From contig JBLIIE010000003.1 in assembly GCA_047634635.1 (NCBI GenBank), positions 4,810-68,809 of the forward strand: 64,000 nucleotides of DNA, written 5' to 3'. The DNA is from Granulosicoccus sp. (lineage in GTDB: Bacteria; Pseudomonadota; Gammaproteobacteria; Granulosicoccales; Granulosicoccaceae). Each line of letters begins with the position of its first letter. Positions within the stretch are counted from its first letter, which is position 1. The translations under genes and the position numbers were made by a program. Positions 9,854 through 19,898 of the stretch are shown piece by piece. Under the pieces are notes generated by a model. That model was not told the DNA's origin, did not search any database, and saw only the letters and a program-made list of their open reading frames with translations.

Positions 9854-10975
9854 ATGAGTTCAACAATCAAAAGCAATGACTCCTCCACAATACGAGGTGC
9901 AGCCGTCCGTTTCGAGCATGTACAGAAAAGTTACGACGGCGTGGCTCTGGTTGTCAAAGATCTCAATCTGGACATCGCTCCCGGCGAGTTTGTCACCATG
10001 CTTGGGCCATCAGGCTCCGGTAAAACAACGTGTCTCATGATGCTTGCTGGTTTTGAGCCGGCCACTCACGGCGAGATATTCCTGAACGACAAGCCTATCA
10101 ATAACGTTCCACCACGAAAACGCGGTATCGGCATGGTTTTCCAGAACTACGCTTTGTTTCCGCATATGAGCGTGGCTGAAAACCTGGCTTTTCCATTGGA
10201 AATTCGCAAGATGGGGAAGAGTGAGCGTGATGAAAAGGTCAAGCGCGCGCTTGACATGGTCGAGCTCGGTCCATTTGGTAATCGACGGCCTGCACAATTA
10301 TCAGGTGGTCAACAACAGCGTGTTGCTGTAGCCCGCGCCCTAGTGTTTGACCCGGATCTCGTCCTTATGGACGAGCCTCTGGGCGCATTGGATAAACAGC
10401 TCCGTGAACAAATGCAGTACGAAATCAAACATATTCACGAAAGCCTGGGTGTCAGTGTTGTGTATGTGACTCACGATCAAACAGAAGCACTGACCATGTC
10501 AGATCGTGTTGCTGTTTTTGAGGATGGAGTTATTCAGCAGCTATCGTCTCCCGATGCACTTTACGAAAGCCCACAAAATTCCTTTGTTGCCCAATTTATT
10601 GGTGAAAATAACAAATTATCTGGAGTGGTTACCGCTATCAATGGAGATCTTTGTTCAATTAAGCTAGACGACGGCACTCAAACAGAAGCACAAGCCGTCA
10701 ACATTGAGGGCGTAGGCTCTCGATCAACACTGTCATTGCGTCCGGAGCGGGTGGAGCTAGAACCGTCTGACAATAGGGACAACCTTGTAAAAGGAACTGT
10801 CAGAGAGGTGTTATACCTCGGCGACCATCTGCGAATAGTTATGTCGGTTGCTGGTAACGATGAATTTATCGTGAAGGTTCCAAACGGTGGACGATCAGTC
10901 ATTCCAGTTGAAGGCCAATCCTACAACTTGGGCTGGAGTGCTGAAGATGCCAAGGCGCTAGATCCTGTCAGCTAG
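9854..10975 (+). CDS. ABC transporter ATP-binding protein, PotA family
   Basis: Walker A GPSGSGKT, LSGGQQQR signature, Walker B LMDEP, C-terminal TOBE-like region. Confidence 0.95.
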   Translation: MSSTIKSNDSSTIRGAAVRFEHVQKSYDGVALVVKDLNLDIAPGEFVTMLGPSGSGKTTCLMMLAGFEPATHGEIFLNDKPINNVPPRKRGIGMVFQNYALFPHMSVAENLAFPLEIRKMGKSERDEKVKRALDMVELGPFGNRRPAQLSGGQQQRVAVARALVFDPDLVLMDEPLGALDKQLREQMQYEIKHIHESLGVSVVYVTHDQTEALTMSDRVAVFEDGVIQQLSSPDALYESPQNSFVAQFIGENNKLSGVVTAINGDLCSIKLDDGTQTEAQAVNIEGVGSRSTLSLRPERVELEPSDNRDNLVKGTVREVLYLGDHLRIVMSVAGNDEFIVKVPNGGRSVIPVEGQSYNLGWSAEDAKALDPVS

Positions 10976-10982
10976 TGGTAAC

Positions 10983-11008
10983 TCCGCAGACACAATCAAG
11001 TCTGCGGA
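10983..11008 (+). terminator. Stem-loop after the ABC ATPase gene
   Basis: TCCGCAGAC-(8 nt)-GTCTGCGGA followed by ATCTTTTC. Confidence 0.55.
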
Positions 11009-11189
11009 ATCTTTTCACAATAGTTGAACGCTGGCGACACAGGATGCTGTCGTAATCAGTCGCATGCACCAGGAAGGAGCTATCAATTGTGACATGGATC
11101 CCTAATTCCCTGTATTGGTGCGGCTTTGGCAAGAGACTCATGCCGTCGGTATGTTACGCTTGTAGCGGAATCAACAAAGGAGTTCCTTA

Positions 11190-12320
11190 ATGAAGCTTAT
11201 CGCAGGACTGACTGGCGCATTTGCGCTTAGTGCAGTCGCCATGGTTGCATCTGCAGCCGATGAATTACCCGCCTGTGAAAATTGCGCAGACCAACTCACC
11301 GTTATTTCCTGGGGTGGCTCGTACTCGAATTCACAGCTCCAGGCGTACCACAACCCTTACAGTGACCTGACCGGTGTAGAGATCATTAATGACGAGTCTT
11401 CAGCAGAAGCTGTCGCAAAGTTACGCGCCATGAGCGAAGCCAACAATGTCACCTGGGATGTTGTTGACGTCGTTGCAGCGGATGCCATTCGCCTTTGTGA
11501 CGAAGGCCTCGCGATGGAAATCAATTTTGATGAGCAACTAGCTCCAGCACCAGATGGCACGCCTGCTTCTGAAGATTTCGGTGACCTGCTGGTTTCTGAT
11601 TGCTTCATTCCACAAATTGTCTACTCAACAACTGTAGGCTACAGAACAGACGTTGAAGCATGGAACGGTGCTGTACCTACAGACATCTGTGCAGTATTCG
11701 ATACAGCGACATTCCCGGGCAAGCGTTCACTGGAAAAGCGTCCTATCAACAATGTTGAATGGGCTCTACTTTGCGACGGTGTTGCTAAAGACGATGTGTA
11801 TGACGTTTTAAGCACTGACGAAGGTGTTACTCAGGCTTTGGCCAAGTTAGCCACTATTCGTAACGATGTTATCTGGTGGTCTGCCGGTGCTGAAACTCCT
11901 CAGCTGCTAGCTGATGCGGAAGTACTGATGGGTTCTACATACAACGGTCGTCTGTTTTCAGTTATCGAAGAGCAAAAGCAACCTGTTGCAATGTTGTGGG
12001 ACGCTCAGGTATTCGATCTTGACGGTTGGATTATCCCTACAGGTCTCGATGCGGACCGCACTGCACGTGCCCTTCACTACGTGAAATTTGCAACAGACAC
12101 TCAGCGCCTAGCTGATCAGTCCAAGTACATTTCTTATGGCCCAGCTCGTGCCTCCTCGGCTCCATTGGTTGGAAAGCATCATGAGTTAGGTATTGAGATG
12201 GCGCCACATATGCCTACTGACCCGAAAAACTCCATGAATACATTCCTTTACAACTACGAGTGGTGGGCTGACAACCGTGACGATCTGGATGCTAAATTCC
12301 AAACTTGGTTGGCACAGTAG
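11190..12320 (+). CDS. ABC substrate-binding protein, PotD/PotF family
   Basis: Signal peptide; motifs TVISWGGSY, WDVVDV, FPGKRSL, WWSAGAETPQLLADAEV and YNGRLF; AAGGAG RBS. Confidence 0.92.
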   Translation: MKLIAGLTGAFALSAVAMVASAADELPACENCADQLTVISWGGSYSNSQLQAYHNPYSDLTGVEIINDESSAEAVAKLRAMSEANNVTWDVVDVVAADAIRLCDEGLAMEINFDEQLAPAPDGTPASEDFGDLLVSDCFIPQIVYSTTVGYRTDVEAWNGAVPTDICAVFDTATFPGKRSLEKRPINNVEWALLCDGVAKDDVYDVLSTDEGVTQALAKLATIRNDVIWWSAGAETPQLLADAEVLMGSTYNGRLFSVIEEQKQPVAMLWDAQVFDLDGWIIPTGLDADRTARALHYVKFATDTQRLADQSKYISYGPARASSAPLVGKHHELGIEMAPHMPTDPKNSMNTFLYNYEWWADNRDDLDAKFQTWLAQ

Positions 12321-12381
12321 TAGTGTTTAGCTAGACTTTGATATCTCTTCCGCTATTCTGATATCGAAGATGCAAGACCCG

Positions 12382-12403
12382 CCGGAGCACTTTAGTGCTC
12401 CGG
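12382..12403 (+). terminator. Stem-loop after the substrate-binding gene
   Basis: CCGGAGCAC-TTTA-GTGCTCCGG followed by TTT. Confidence 0.65.
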
Positions 12404-12471
12404 TTTGCGTTAAAGACTGTTAATCTTAACTCAAGTCGATTTTATTACCGCAACTCGCTCGGAGCACATCT

Positions 12472-14088
12472 GTGAACGCATCAACAACGTTGGATACTAC
12501 GCACTCCGAATACAACGATGAGGGGCCCCTCACAAGAGACGGTCAGCCGCTAAAACAAAGTCTGGCCCGAGCGCTGCGTAGAGAAAAACTCCGTGCACTG
12601 GCACTAATCGCACCTCTACTGCTATTCGTCGTCATCACGTTTATTTTCCCCATTGGCGATATGTTGTACCGCTCTGTGGAGAACTCCATCGTTGAAGAAA
12701 CCATTCCTGGCACCCTCGTGGCCCTGAAAACTTGGGATTCGGAATCTGGTGTATTGCCAGATGAATCGGTATTTACTGCCCTGGCTGACGACATGATGCT
12801 TGCGCAGGAACTCAAAATTCATACGAAGCTCGGTAGTCGCATCAACTACGACCAACCCGGAATTTCCAGTGTGTTTCGAAAATCTGGCCGTCGGATTAAG
12901 AAACTAGAAAACGAAGCTGCAATGACAGCTTTTTCAAAATTAAACCCTAGCTGGAATACACCAGCAGCATGGTCAACTCTGACTACATCCAAGCACTGGC
13001 CGGCACAGTTTCCTGCCACGGTAATCTCATTAAATAACTGGACCTCTTGGCTAAGATCTGAAAAAGGTGACGACGTGGATCCATCGACGTCGGTACCTTA
13101 CGGCTTTACCTATGCAAGTCTCTATCAAGACATTGCCAAAATGGATTCGAGCAAATTAGAGGAACTAGCATCCAGCCCTAATGCTGGAGTTGCAGCGCTG
13201 TTTGCGGGCGTTCCTGCCGCCATTGAAAATTTTCCAACTGAAGACTTTACTGGTCAGTTTGTAAAAATTGAAGAAGGCTGGGCCAAGATTGAAAACTGGC
13301 AAGCTATCAAACGCTTGGCACCACGTATCACTGACGGCTATTTTCTCGCAGCTGTTGATTCAAAGCGCACCGAATCAGGCATCGAAAAAAAGCCTGAAAA
13401 CCAGCGGTTCTATGTGACACTGTTTACACGAACCATCTTTTTAAGCTTGGTGATAACAATCAGTTGCATATTACTTGGCTACCCAGTTGCATACCTTCTG
13501 GCAAACTTATCTGTTCGCGCATCTAACATGGTGCTTATACTAGTTCTTCTACCTTTCTGGACATCACTACTGGTAAGAACCAGTGCATGGAAAGTATTGT
13601 TGCAACAGCAAGGTGTAATAAACGACTTGCTAGTTTGGATAGGTCTTGTCGATGATACTGGCCGCCTCGTCATGATTAACAATATGACTGGTACCATCAT
13701 AGCCATGACGCATATATTGCTACCATTCATGATTCTGCCATTGTTCTCGGTTATGAAAACCGTGTCCCCTACTTATATGCGAGCCGCGAAGTCCATGGGA
13801 GCCAGCGACACTTTAGCGTTCTGGCGGATCTACTTCCCCAACACCATTCCTGGTATCGGCGCAGGCTCAATACTCGTGTTCATACTCGCCATTGGCTACT
13901 ACATCACCCCTGCGCTTGTGGGCGGAACCAAGGGTGTATTTATTTCAAATCAAATTGCGCACCACATCAGTTCCTCGCTGAACTGGGGGCTGGCTGCGGC
14001 CCTTGGAACTATCCTGCTCGTTATGGTGATAGCACTTTACTGGACTTACGATCGTCTGGTTGGTATCGACAATGTGAAGCTAGGGTAA
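12472..14088 (+). CDS. ABC permease, PotB family, with an enlarged and apparently duplicated extracytoplasmic domain
   Basis: C-terminal LLPFWTSLLVRT...EAA-loop (RAAKSMGA)...GYYITPALVGG; 538 aa, which is long for the family. Confidence 0.9.
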   Translation: MNASTTLDTTHSEYNDEGPLTRDGQPLKQSLARALRREKLRALALIAPLLLFVVITFIFPIGDMLYRSVENSIVEETIPGTLVALKTWDSESGVLPDESVFTALADDMMLAQELKIHTKLGSRINYDQPGISSVFRKSGRRIKKLENEAAMTAFSKLNPSWNTPAAWSTLTTSKHWPAQFPATVISLNNWTSWLRSEKGDDVDPSTSVPYGFTYASLYQDIAKMDSSKLEELASSPNAGVAALFAGVPAAIENFPTEDFTGQFVKIEEGWAKIENWQAIKRLAPRITDGYFLAAVDSKRTESGIEKKPENQRFYVTLFTRTIFLSLVITISCILLGYPVAYLLANLSVRASNMVLILVLLPFWTSLLVRTSAWKVLLQQQGVINDLLVWIGLVDDTGRLVMINNMTGTIIAMTHILLPFMILPLFSVMKTVSPTYMRAAKSMGASDTLAFWRIYFPNTIPGIGAGSILVFILAIGYYITPALVGGTKGVFISNQIAHHISSSLNWGLAAALGTILLVMVIALYWTYDRLVGIDNVKLG

Positions 14089-14155
14089 TAATTATGAAAA
14101 ACAGACTCGAATCAACATCCAATCTATCCCGATTCATTGTGAGCGAGGAACACTC

Positions 14156-15013
14156 ATGAGCGCACTTCCTCCTTACGCATCTTCCGGGCAACGAATCTGG
14201 TTTTATAGCTTCCGGTATCTGATTTGCGGTTTCATCCTGTTTTTTCTGATAGCCCCTATCCTTGTCATCATTCCACTATCTTTTAATGCTCAGGACTTTT
14301 TCACGTATACGCCAGAAATGCTGTCCTTAGACCCAGCTGGCTATTCGTTGAAGCACTATCAGGATTTCTTCGGCAGCTCTGATTGGCAGAAAGCTCTGAA
14401 GAACTCATTTATCATCGCACCCGCTGCAACCATTATTTCAACCAGCCTGGGAACACTAGCAGCCATTGGCCTTTCACAAAGCCATGTGCCTTTTCGTCGA
14501 ACCATAATGGCTGTTCTTATCTCGCCTATGATTGTGCCCTTGATTATATCTGCAGCCGGCATGTTCTTTTTTTATAGCCGTATCGGGTTGCAGGGTGAGT
14601 ATCTGGGAATCATACTGGCACACGCCGCACTAGGCACACCGTTTGTCATTATCACGGTCACTGCAACTCTAGTTGGTTTTGATCACTCTCTAACCCGCGC
14701 AGCAGCAAGTATGGGAGCCAACCCACTTACCACTTTCTTCAAGGTGCAAATGCCTCTGATTATTCCAGGCGTTGTATCTGGGGCTCTATTCGCATTTATT
14801 ACTTCGTTTGATGAGGTGGTTGTTGTGTTGTTCATGGGGTCAGCTGCACAGAAAACACTGCCATGGCAGATGTTTACCGGGCTGCGCGAGCAGATATCTC
14901 CCACTATTCTGGCAGTAGCCACAATAATGGTCGCGATATCAATCGTACTGCTTACTGTGCTCGAAATGCTGCGCAGGCGTTCTGAACGACTACGTGGACT
15001 CTCCGCTAGCTAG
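14156..15013 (+). CDS. ABC permease, PotC family
   Basis: SPMIVPLII, RAAASMGA, AFITSFDEVVV and TLPWQMF motifs. Confidence 0.93.
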   Translation: MSALPPYASSGQRIWFYSFRYLICGFILFFLIAPILVIIPLSFNAQDFFTYTPEMLSLDPAGYSLKHYQDFFGSSDWQKALKNSFIIAPAATIISTSLGTLAAIGLSQSHVPFRRTIMAVLISPMIVPLIISAAGMFFFYSRIGLQGEYLGIILAHAALGTPFVIITVTATLVGFDHSLTRAAASMGANPLTTFFKVQMPLIIPGVVSGALFAFITSFDEVVVVLFMGSAAQKTLPWQMFTGLREQISPTILAVATIMVAISIVLLTVLEMLRRRSERLRGLSAS

Positions 15014-15038
15014 TTCGTACGCAGGGAAGAATATTCAG

Positions 15039-16202
15039 ATGAACTTTACTCATGAAGAATATGCGACTCGTTTAACCAAAACCCGCGCACAAATGGATGC
15101 GCGCGGTATAGATCTGCTATTTGTCACCGATCCTTCCAATATGGCATGGCTCAGTGGCTACGACGGATGGTCGTTTTATACCCACCAATGCGTCATCGTA
15201 AGCCCGATAGGAGAACCTGTCTGGTGGGGACGTGGAATTGATGCTTTGGGTGCTTTGCGCACTGTCATCATGGCTGATGACAATGTAGTGGGTTATGCAG
15301 ATACTTACGTGCAAAACCCTGAACAACACCCCATGGAGACGCTAGCCTCACTGGTACTGGATCGTGGTTGGAAATCAAACACTATCGGTGTAGAGATGGA
15401 TAACTACTACTACTCCGCAGCAGCGCATGCCTGCCTTGTTGAGAGTTTACCGAATAGTCAATTCAAGGATGCAACAGGATTAGTTAACTGGCAGCGCGCG
15501 ATTAAAAGCGACGCTGAAATCGGCTACATGCGAAAAGCGGCACGTATAGTCGAGCACATGCACCGCACAATCATAGATCGCGCAGAGCCCGGTTTAAAGA
15601 AAAATGAACTGGTGGCCGCTATTTACGCCGCCAGTATTGAAGGCGTAGATGAATGCTGGGGCGACTACCCTGCGATCGTACCATTGACACCTTCAGGCAT
15701 GGATGCAACGGCACCACACTTGACGTGGGACGATAGCCCGATGAAATCCGGTGAGTGCACCTTTTTTGAAATCGCTGGTGTCCACAAACGATATCACTGC
15801 CCTCAGTCACGCACCCTGTTTTTAGGTGAACCGCCTGACAAATACCGACGTGCCGAAGCGGCGGTTCTAGAATCTGTTGATGCTGGCCTTGCACAAGCCA
15901 AACCGGGAAATCAATGTGCTGACATTGCAAATGCCTTCAACAGCACACTGAAAAAACACGGCTTCGAGAAAGACAACCGCTGCGGCTACGCTATTGGATT
16001 ATCGTACCCACCAGACTGGGGCGAGCGAACCATGTCGTTTCGCAGCAATGATCAAACGATTTTGCAAGCGGGTATGACATTCCATTTCATGCCAGCGTTA
16101 TGGCTCGATGACGGGGGGCTTGAGCTCACAGAACCCATTTTGATCACAGAAACAGGCGTTGAGTGCCTGTGCAACACTCCTCGGGTGTTGGCAGTTAAAT
16201 AA
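15039..16202 (+). CDS. doeA: Ectoine hydrolase DoeA/EutD-like M24 protein
   Basis: DPSNMAWLSGYDGWSFY, WWGRGIDA.GA, GLVNWQRAIKS, GDYPAIVPL.PSG.DA.APHLTW, HKRYHCP.SRT and YPPDWGERTMS.R. Start set at ATG 15039 rather than 14994. Confidence 0.8.
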   Translation: MNFTHEEYATRLTKTRAQMDARGIDLLFVTDPSNMAWLSGYDGWSFYTHQCVIVSPIGEPVWWGRGIDALGALRTVIMADDNVVGYADTYVQNPEQHPMETLASLVLDRGWKSNTIGVEMDNYYYSAAAHACLVESLPNSQFKDATGLVNWQRAIKSDAEIGYMRKAARIVEHMHRTIIDRAEPGLKKNELVAAIYAASIEGVDECWGDYPAIVPLTPSGMDATAPHLTWDDSPMKSGECTFFEIAGVHKRYHCPQSRTLFLGEPPDKYRRAEAAVLESVDAGLAQAKPGNQCADIANAFNSTLKKHGFEKDNRCGYAIGLSYPPDWGERTMSFRSNDQTILQAGMTFHFMPALWLDDGGLELTEPILITETGVECLCNTPRVLAVK

Positions 16203-16218
16203 ATTTTTCATCAACCAT

Positions 16219-16248
16219 AGCCTGTAGTGTTGTAAACATTATCAGGCT
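16219..16248. terminator. Imperfect hairpin after doeA, possibly a bidirectional terminator
   Basis: AGCCTG-TAGTGTT-gta-AACATTA-t-CAGGCT. Confidence 0.4.
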
Positions 16249-16693
16249 GTTCAGGATTTCTTTTGAACTAATGCTTCCATTCGATTGTTAATAGATCTAG
16301 CGATATCCATCCTCAGAAAAATCCTCGAAGTTGACCTAAAAGGTTTGAGAATTTGATAGCAGATGATTCGAAGGTGATTCCCTTGACAATGTTTTTGACA
16401 AGGATTTTGGCCTCTATCGCGAGCATTTTGCCAAAGCCAAATAGAGCCAATAATGAAACTCGTGATTTGGTGTTGGCTTTAGACACGTCGATTGTTGAAC
16501 GAGGCTTTAAGACGCACTGTCGCCCAAGGGTGAGGAGAGTTGTCATCCGGCAACCCAGTGCGTTGTCTTGCGGAAATGGCAATTGCTGTGCCTTACTTCC
16601 AGAAATTCATCCTTGGTGCGGCACTCGACCAACACTGGCTATTTACACCAATGCACTGCTCGTTAGACTTCGTATTAATTAATTCACTCCAAC

Positions 16694-17413
16694 TCAGAAC
16701 AAATGGTCAGTGGGATTGTTAAAGTCCCAGTATTCACGTGACTCCAATTGATCTTCAGTTGCATGTACCAAAATATCAGCAATATAGCGACCAATCAGTT
16801 CTGGTTCCACTATTTCGCCAACCGCATCCAGTTTTCTAAACGCGAGTGCTGTTGGTGAACTAGATTGAGAATTCAATACCGCTTCCACCAATGGTGTCCT
16901 GACGCCTCCGGGGAACACTCTGATGACACGAGCATGAGAGATCTCTGCAGCGGCAGATTTAGCAGCCATTTGAGCCGCCGCCTTTACAATTGAATAACCA
17001 GACCAGCCTAGGCGGGGTGCGTTAGCTGAATAGGAATCTATATAAATAATTCGCGCACCAGTTAACTGCTGAGCAAGTAAATTATTTATGGCGATAGGCG
17101 CTGATACATGAACCGACATATCTTGATTCATGTTGTCGATGTTCAGATGAGCATAACTTGCCAATGCTATGAGTGACCCGGCGGCGTGAACAACTCCTTG
17201 CACACGCCGACCTGCAAAGGCTGACTTAATAGTGTCTAGACCAATCCTGGTTGTGACATCTGTTTTGAGCGAAATAAGTTGATTACCATACTGGGATAAC
17301 ACCGCGCTGGCCATTGAACGCCTCGCAACTGCAACAACAGAAAAACCTCGCTCTAATAGTTCGCAGGCGGCAGCACAGCCAATACCTGAGGATGCACCCG
17401 TGACTAAATACAT
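16694..17413 (-). CDS. Short-chain dehydrogenase/reductase (benzil reductase/YueD-like)
   Basis: TGASSGIG Rossmann motif; YSIVK (YxxxK); PGGVRT. Confidence 0.85.
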   Translation of the reverse strand: MYLVTGASSGIGCAAACELLERGFSVVAVARRSMASAVLSQYGNQLISLKTDVTTRIGLDTIKSAFAGRRVQGVVHAAGSLIALASYAHLNIDNMNQDMSVHVSAPIAINNLLAQQLTGARIIYIDSYSANAPRLGWSGYSIVKAAAQMAAKSAAAEISHARVIRVFPGGVRTPLVEAVLNSQSSSPTALAFRKLDAVGEIVEPELIGRYIADILVHATEDQLESREYWDFNNPTDHLF

Positions 17414-17432
17414 ACTGCCTCACTTTAAAAGT

Positions 17433-19802
17433 TTATTTATAAACCCGCCTTGTAAAATTGCCCAGAAGCAAAACTAGCAAGCCCAAGTACCCGAATCCAC
17501 CTCCAGAACTGTCAGCTAAACCATCAGTACTTCCATCTTGTAGTCGGGAAGAATCTGCAGACGCCTCGCTAATCCAACTCAGCATGGAGTTGATCGACTC
17601 CGAAGTTAGAGCTGCGCTTGCAGGGGACCCGGAAAGGCATAGCTCTTCGGCAATACACAAATCTAGCGCATGCTCTCCTTCTGCTATCAAATGCAATTCG
17701 CTACCTGCAGACCCACAATTAACGACACTACGAAGCGCACCTGTTGAGACTTCTATTCGACTTGCTGGTCCGATCTCCGGATTTCCCGCCAGAGCGTTAC
17801 ACATACGAATAGATTGGCTTACAGGAAGAACGGTATCTTGCTGTCCGTGAAGAAGAAAAAACGGTGGCAGAGATAAAGGACCATTAACCACCCTTGCTGC
17901 GAGAGCATTCCTCTGAATAATCGGATCCTGAATATCCACGGTCTCTAAAGTCTGTCCAATAACCGCTTCAAGAATCCCCTTGCCTGTCTCGGTAGTTATC
18001 TCACCATCAATGAGTTGTCTGGCGAATTCAGCAAAATCTGTTGGCGCATAGAACAGGACTGCGTTGGCAATCTCGTCGGGACGCTCAACCGCAAGGACTG
18101 CCGCCAGATGTCCTCCAGCAGATTGACCGAAAACCACAGGCTTACCTTGGACGCCATAACGGGCACTATTGCTCTGCACCCAGCTCAGTGCATCGTGAGC
18201 ATCATCCAGCACTTCATTTAGCGTGGCATCGTTACAAGCTTCATTGCCTTCATCCGTTCCAATAAGGCGATAAAACGGGGCGAAAACTACGTACCCTTCG
18301 TTCACGAACTGAGTTGAAAAGGATTCGATACCGAGAGCCCCGGACGATCGCCTTTGCCAACTTCCCCCATGAAATGCTATTACCGCGCGTTGTGAACCAG
18401 GCATTGCAGCGAGTGCATCACTCGTTGGCAGGGCGCTATGTATTCTCATCTCAAGCGAGCACTCCCCCATTGCTGTAGTTACAGACTTGTAGCTGACGCG
18501 CTGTGTAAAGGGCTGTTGTTTGCCAACCAGCGGTACAGCGCCAATATCAAAACGTGTTCCAGGGGATAACGTCCAACGCTCTAGCTCATCCTGAAAGGAA
18601 TCAGCATTTCCAAGACGTTGGGTATCAAGAACCTGGGTACAGTAATTTACTGTCGATGTCTCGAAAAAATCCACCGCTCGCTGACACTGTGCATCAACAA
18701 ACAAAGGGCCAACAATTGCATCCAGGCCCATTACTGAGCTTGTTGGTATCTGAGTCAATTGACATCCCAGATCACCTAAACGGTAGATCGGCTCATGCCT
18801 CAGTGGAGTCTGCAGAAAACCCGCTGCTTCGCACTGCACGGCGTCACTTAAGATCTGCTCAATTCCAGCCGTATCATCCAAGATGAGTGCAGCAAGCAGG
18901 GCAACACGCTCCGTACGCATATAACCTAACGACAAAGAAAAATCCGCTTTAGGCGACAACAATGTGTATAGAGTATCGATCTGTCCGTCAGTCGGCGAAG
19001 GCAATTCAAGTGTAATCACACCATTTTCGAATTGCTCAGCTAGTGTATCCGACAGAATTTGCTCCAGTTCCTGCACCGCAGCCACTATCCGCGTGTTATC
19101 CAGGACATCATCAATTTCGTCTTCCAGAAAATCTTCCAGAACACTGCGTAGAAGTGAATCTCTGACATTGACAGTGATTCCCTGCTTAACTAGATTGCCA
19201 CTAAGCGCAACAACAGGTCGTATTATCAAAGAGCTGCCATCAGGATCAAGCGAGGGGTTAAGCTGTAGGCTCAATGAGAGGTTTAGTCTGGCCGATCCAC
19301 TGGCTGTAAACGAAAAATTATCATTAGCCACCTCTTGGCAGCTACCAAGACGAAAACCAACTGTCTGTTTTGCTCGTCCACTAACGGATATTCGGGTATC
19401 CAATTCAAGGGACAAGTTGATCGGCTGATAGAGTGAATCCAGACTTAAAGAGATATTTGATCCAGAAGCCAGCGCGACGGTTGTGTCCAGTGTTCGAATT
19501 TCAGTACTGGAACACCCAGATTCAACAATAAGATCAGTTTCAGAATCGCTGAAAAGAATTTCACCCGCCGCCAATGTCAGACCGGCTGCATTGATTTCTG
19601 ATTGTATTTTTTGCAGAGCCAAGCGAGAGATTGCATCCGGTTCGAATTCTAATTCGTATAAAGCCTGGTCAAGTTCCGCAACGGACACTGTGATTCGTTC
19701 GGCCTTAACTGGATTGCTGCCACTAAATGCTAAAACCATAATAGTAGTAGCAAGAATCCAGGTCTTTGGGGATTTTGGTCGATTCATACTGTCTTCTCTC
19801 AT
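17433..19802 (-). CDS. Secreted alpha/beta hydrolase (HSL-like esterase) with a large unknown N-terminal domain and a GlyGly-CTERM anchor
   Basis: Signal peptide; FHGGSW, GQSAGGH (GxSxG), HGQQD and EGEH catalytic motifs; C-terminus SSGGGFGYLGLLVLLLGNFTRRVYK. Confidence 0.8.
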   Translation of the reverse strand: MREDSMNRPKSPKTWILATTIMVLAFSGSNPVKAERITVSVAELDQALYELEFEPDAISRLALQKIQSEINAAGLTLAAGEILFSDSETDLIVESGCSSTEIRTLDTTVALASGSNISLSLDSLYQPINLSLELDTRISVSGRAKQTVGFRLGSCQEVANDNFSFTASGSARLNLSLSLQLNPSLDPDGSSLIIRPVVALSGNLVKQGITVNVRDSLLRSVLEDFLEDEIDDVLDNTRIVAAVQELEQILSDTLAEQFENGVITLELPSPTDGQIDTLYTLLSPKADFSLSLGYMRTERVALLAALILDDTAGIEQILSDAVQCEAAGFLQTPLRHEPIYRLGDLGCQLTQIPTSSVMGLDAIVGPLFVDAQCQRAVDFFETSTVNYCTQVLDTQRLGNADSFQDELERWTLSPGTRFDIGAVPLVGKQQPFTQRVSYKSVTTAMGECSLEMRIHSALPTSDALAAMPGSQRAVIAFHGGSWQRRSSGALGIESFSTQFVNEGYVVFAPFYRLIGTDEGNEACNDATLNEVLDDAHDALSWVQSNSARYGVQGKPVVFGQSAGGHLAAVLAVERPDEIANAVLFYAPTDFAEFARQLIDGEITTETGKGILEAVIGQTLETVDIQDPIIQRNALAARVVNGPLSLPPFFLLHGQQDTVLPVSQSIRMCNALAGNPEIGPASRIEVSTGALRSVVNCGSAGSELHLIAEGEHALDLCIAEELCLSGSPASAALTSESINSMLSWISEASADSSRLQDGSTDGLADSSGGGFGYLGLLVLLLGNFTRRVYK

Positions 19803-19898
19803 AAAGGACAGTGTACGTTTTTCGAATACAAGCGTATCAACACTGGGGTTGTTTTAGACAGCCATTCACTTTTTTACACAACCTGAAGTAAATCGGCT

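Noticed and set aside
16313-16722. Short ORFs 16313-16582, 16353-16682 and 16540-16722, and a possible TPR-protein remnant (minus-frame PNHEFHYWLYLAL near 16450-16470)
   Set aside because: The ORFs overlap each other and have no motifs. The fragment is too short and interrupted by stops to support a call without a search.
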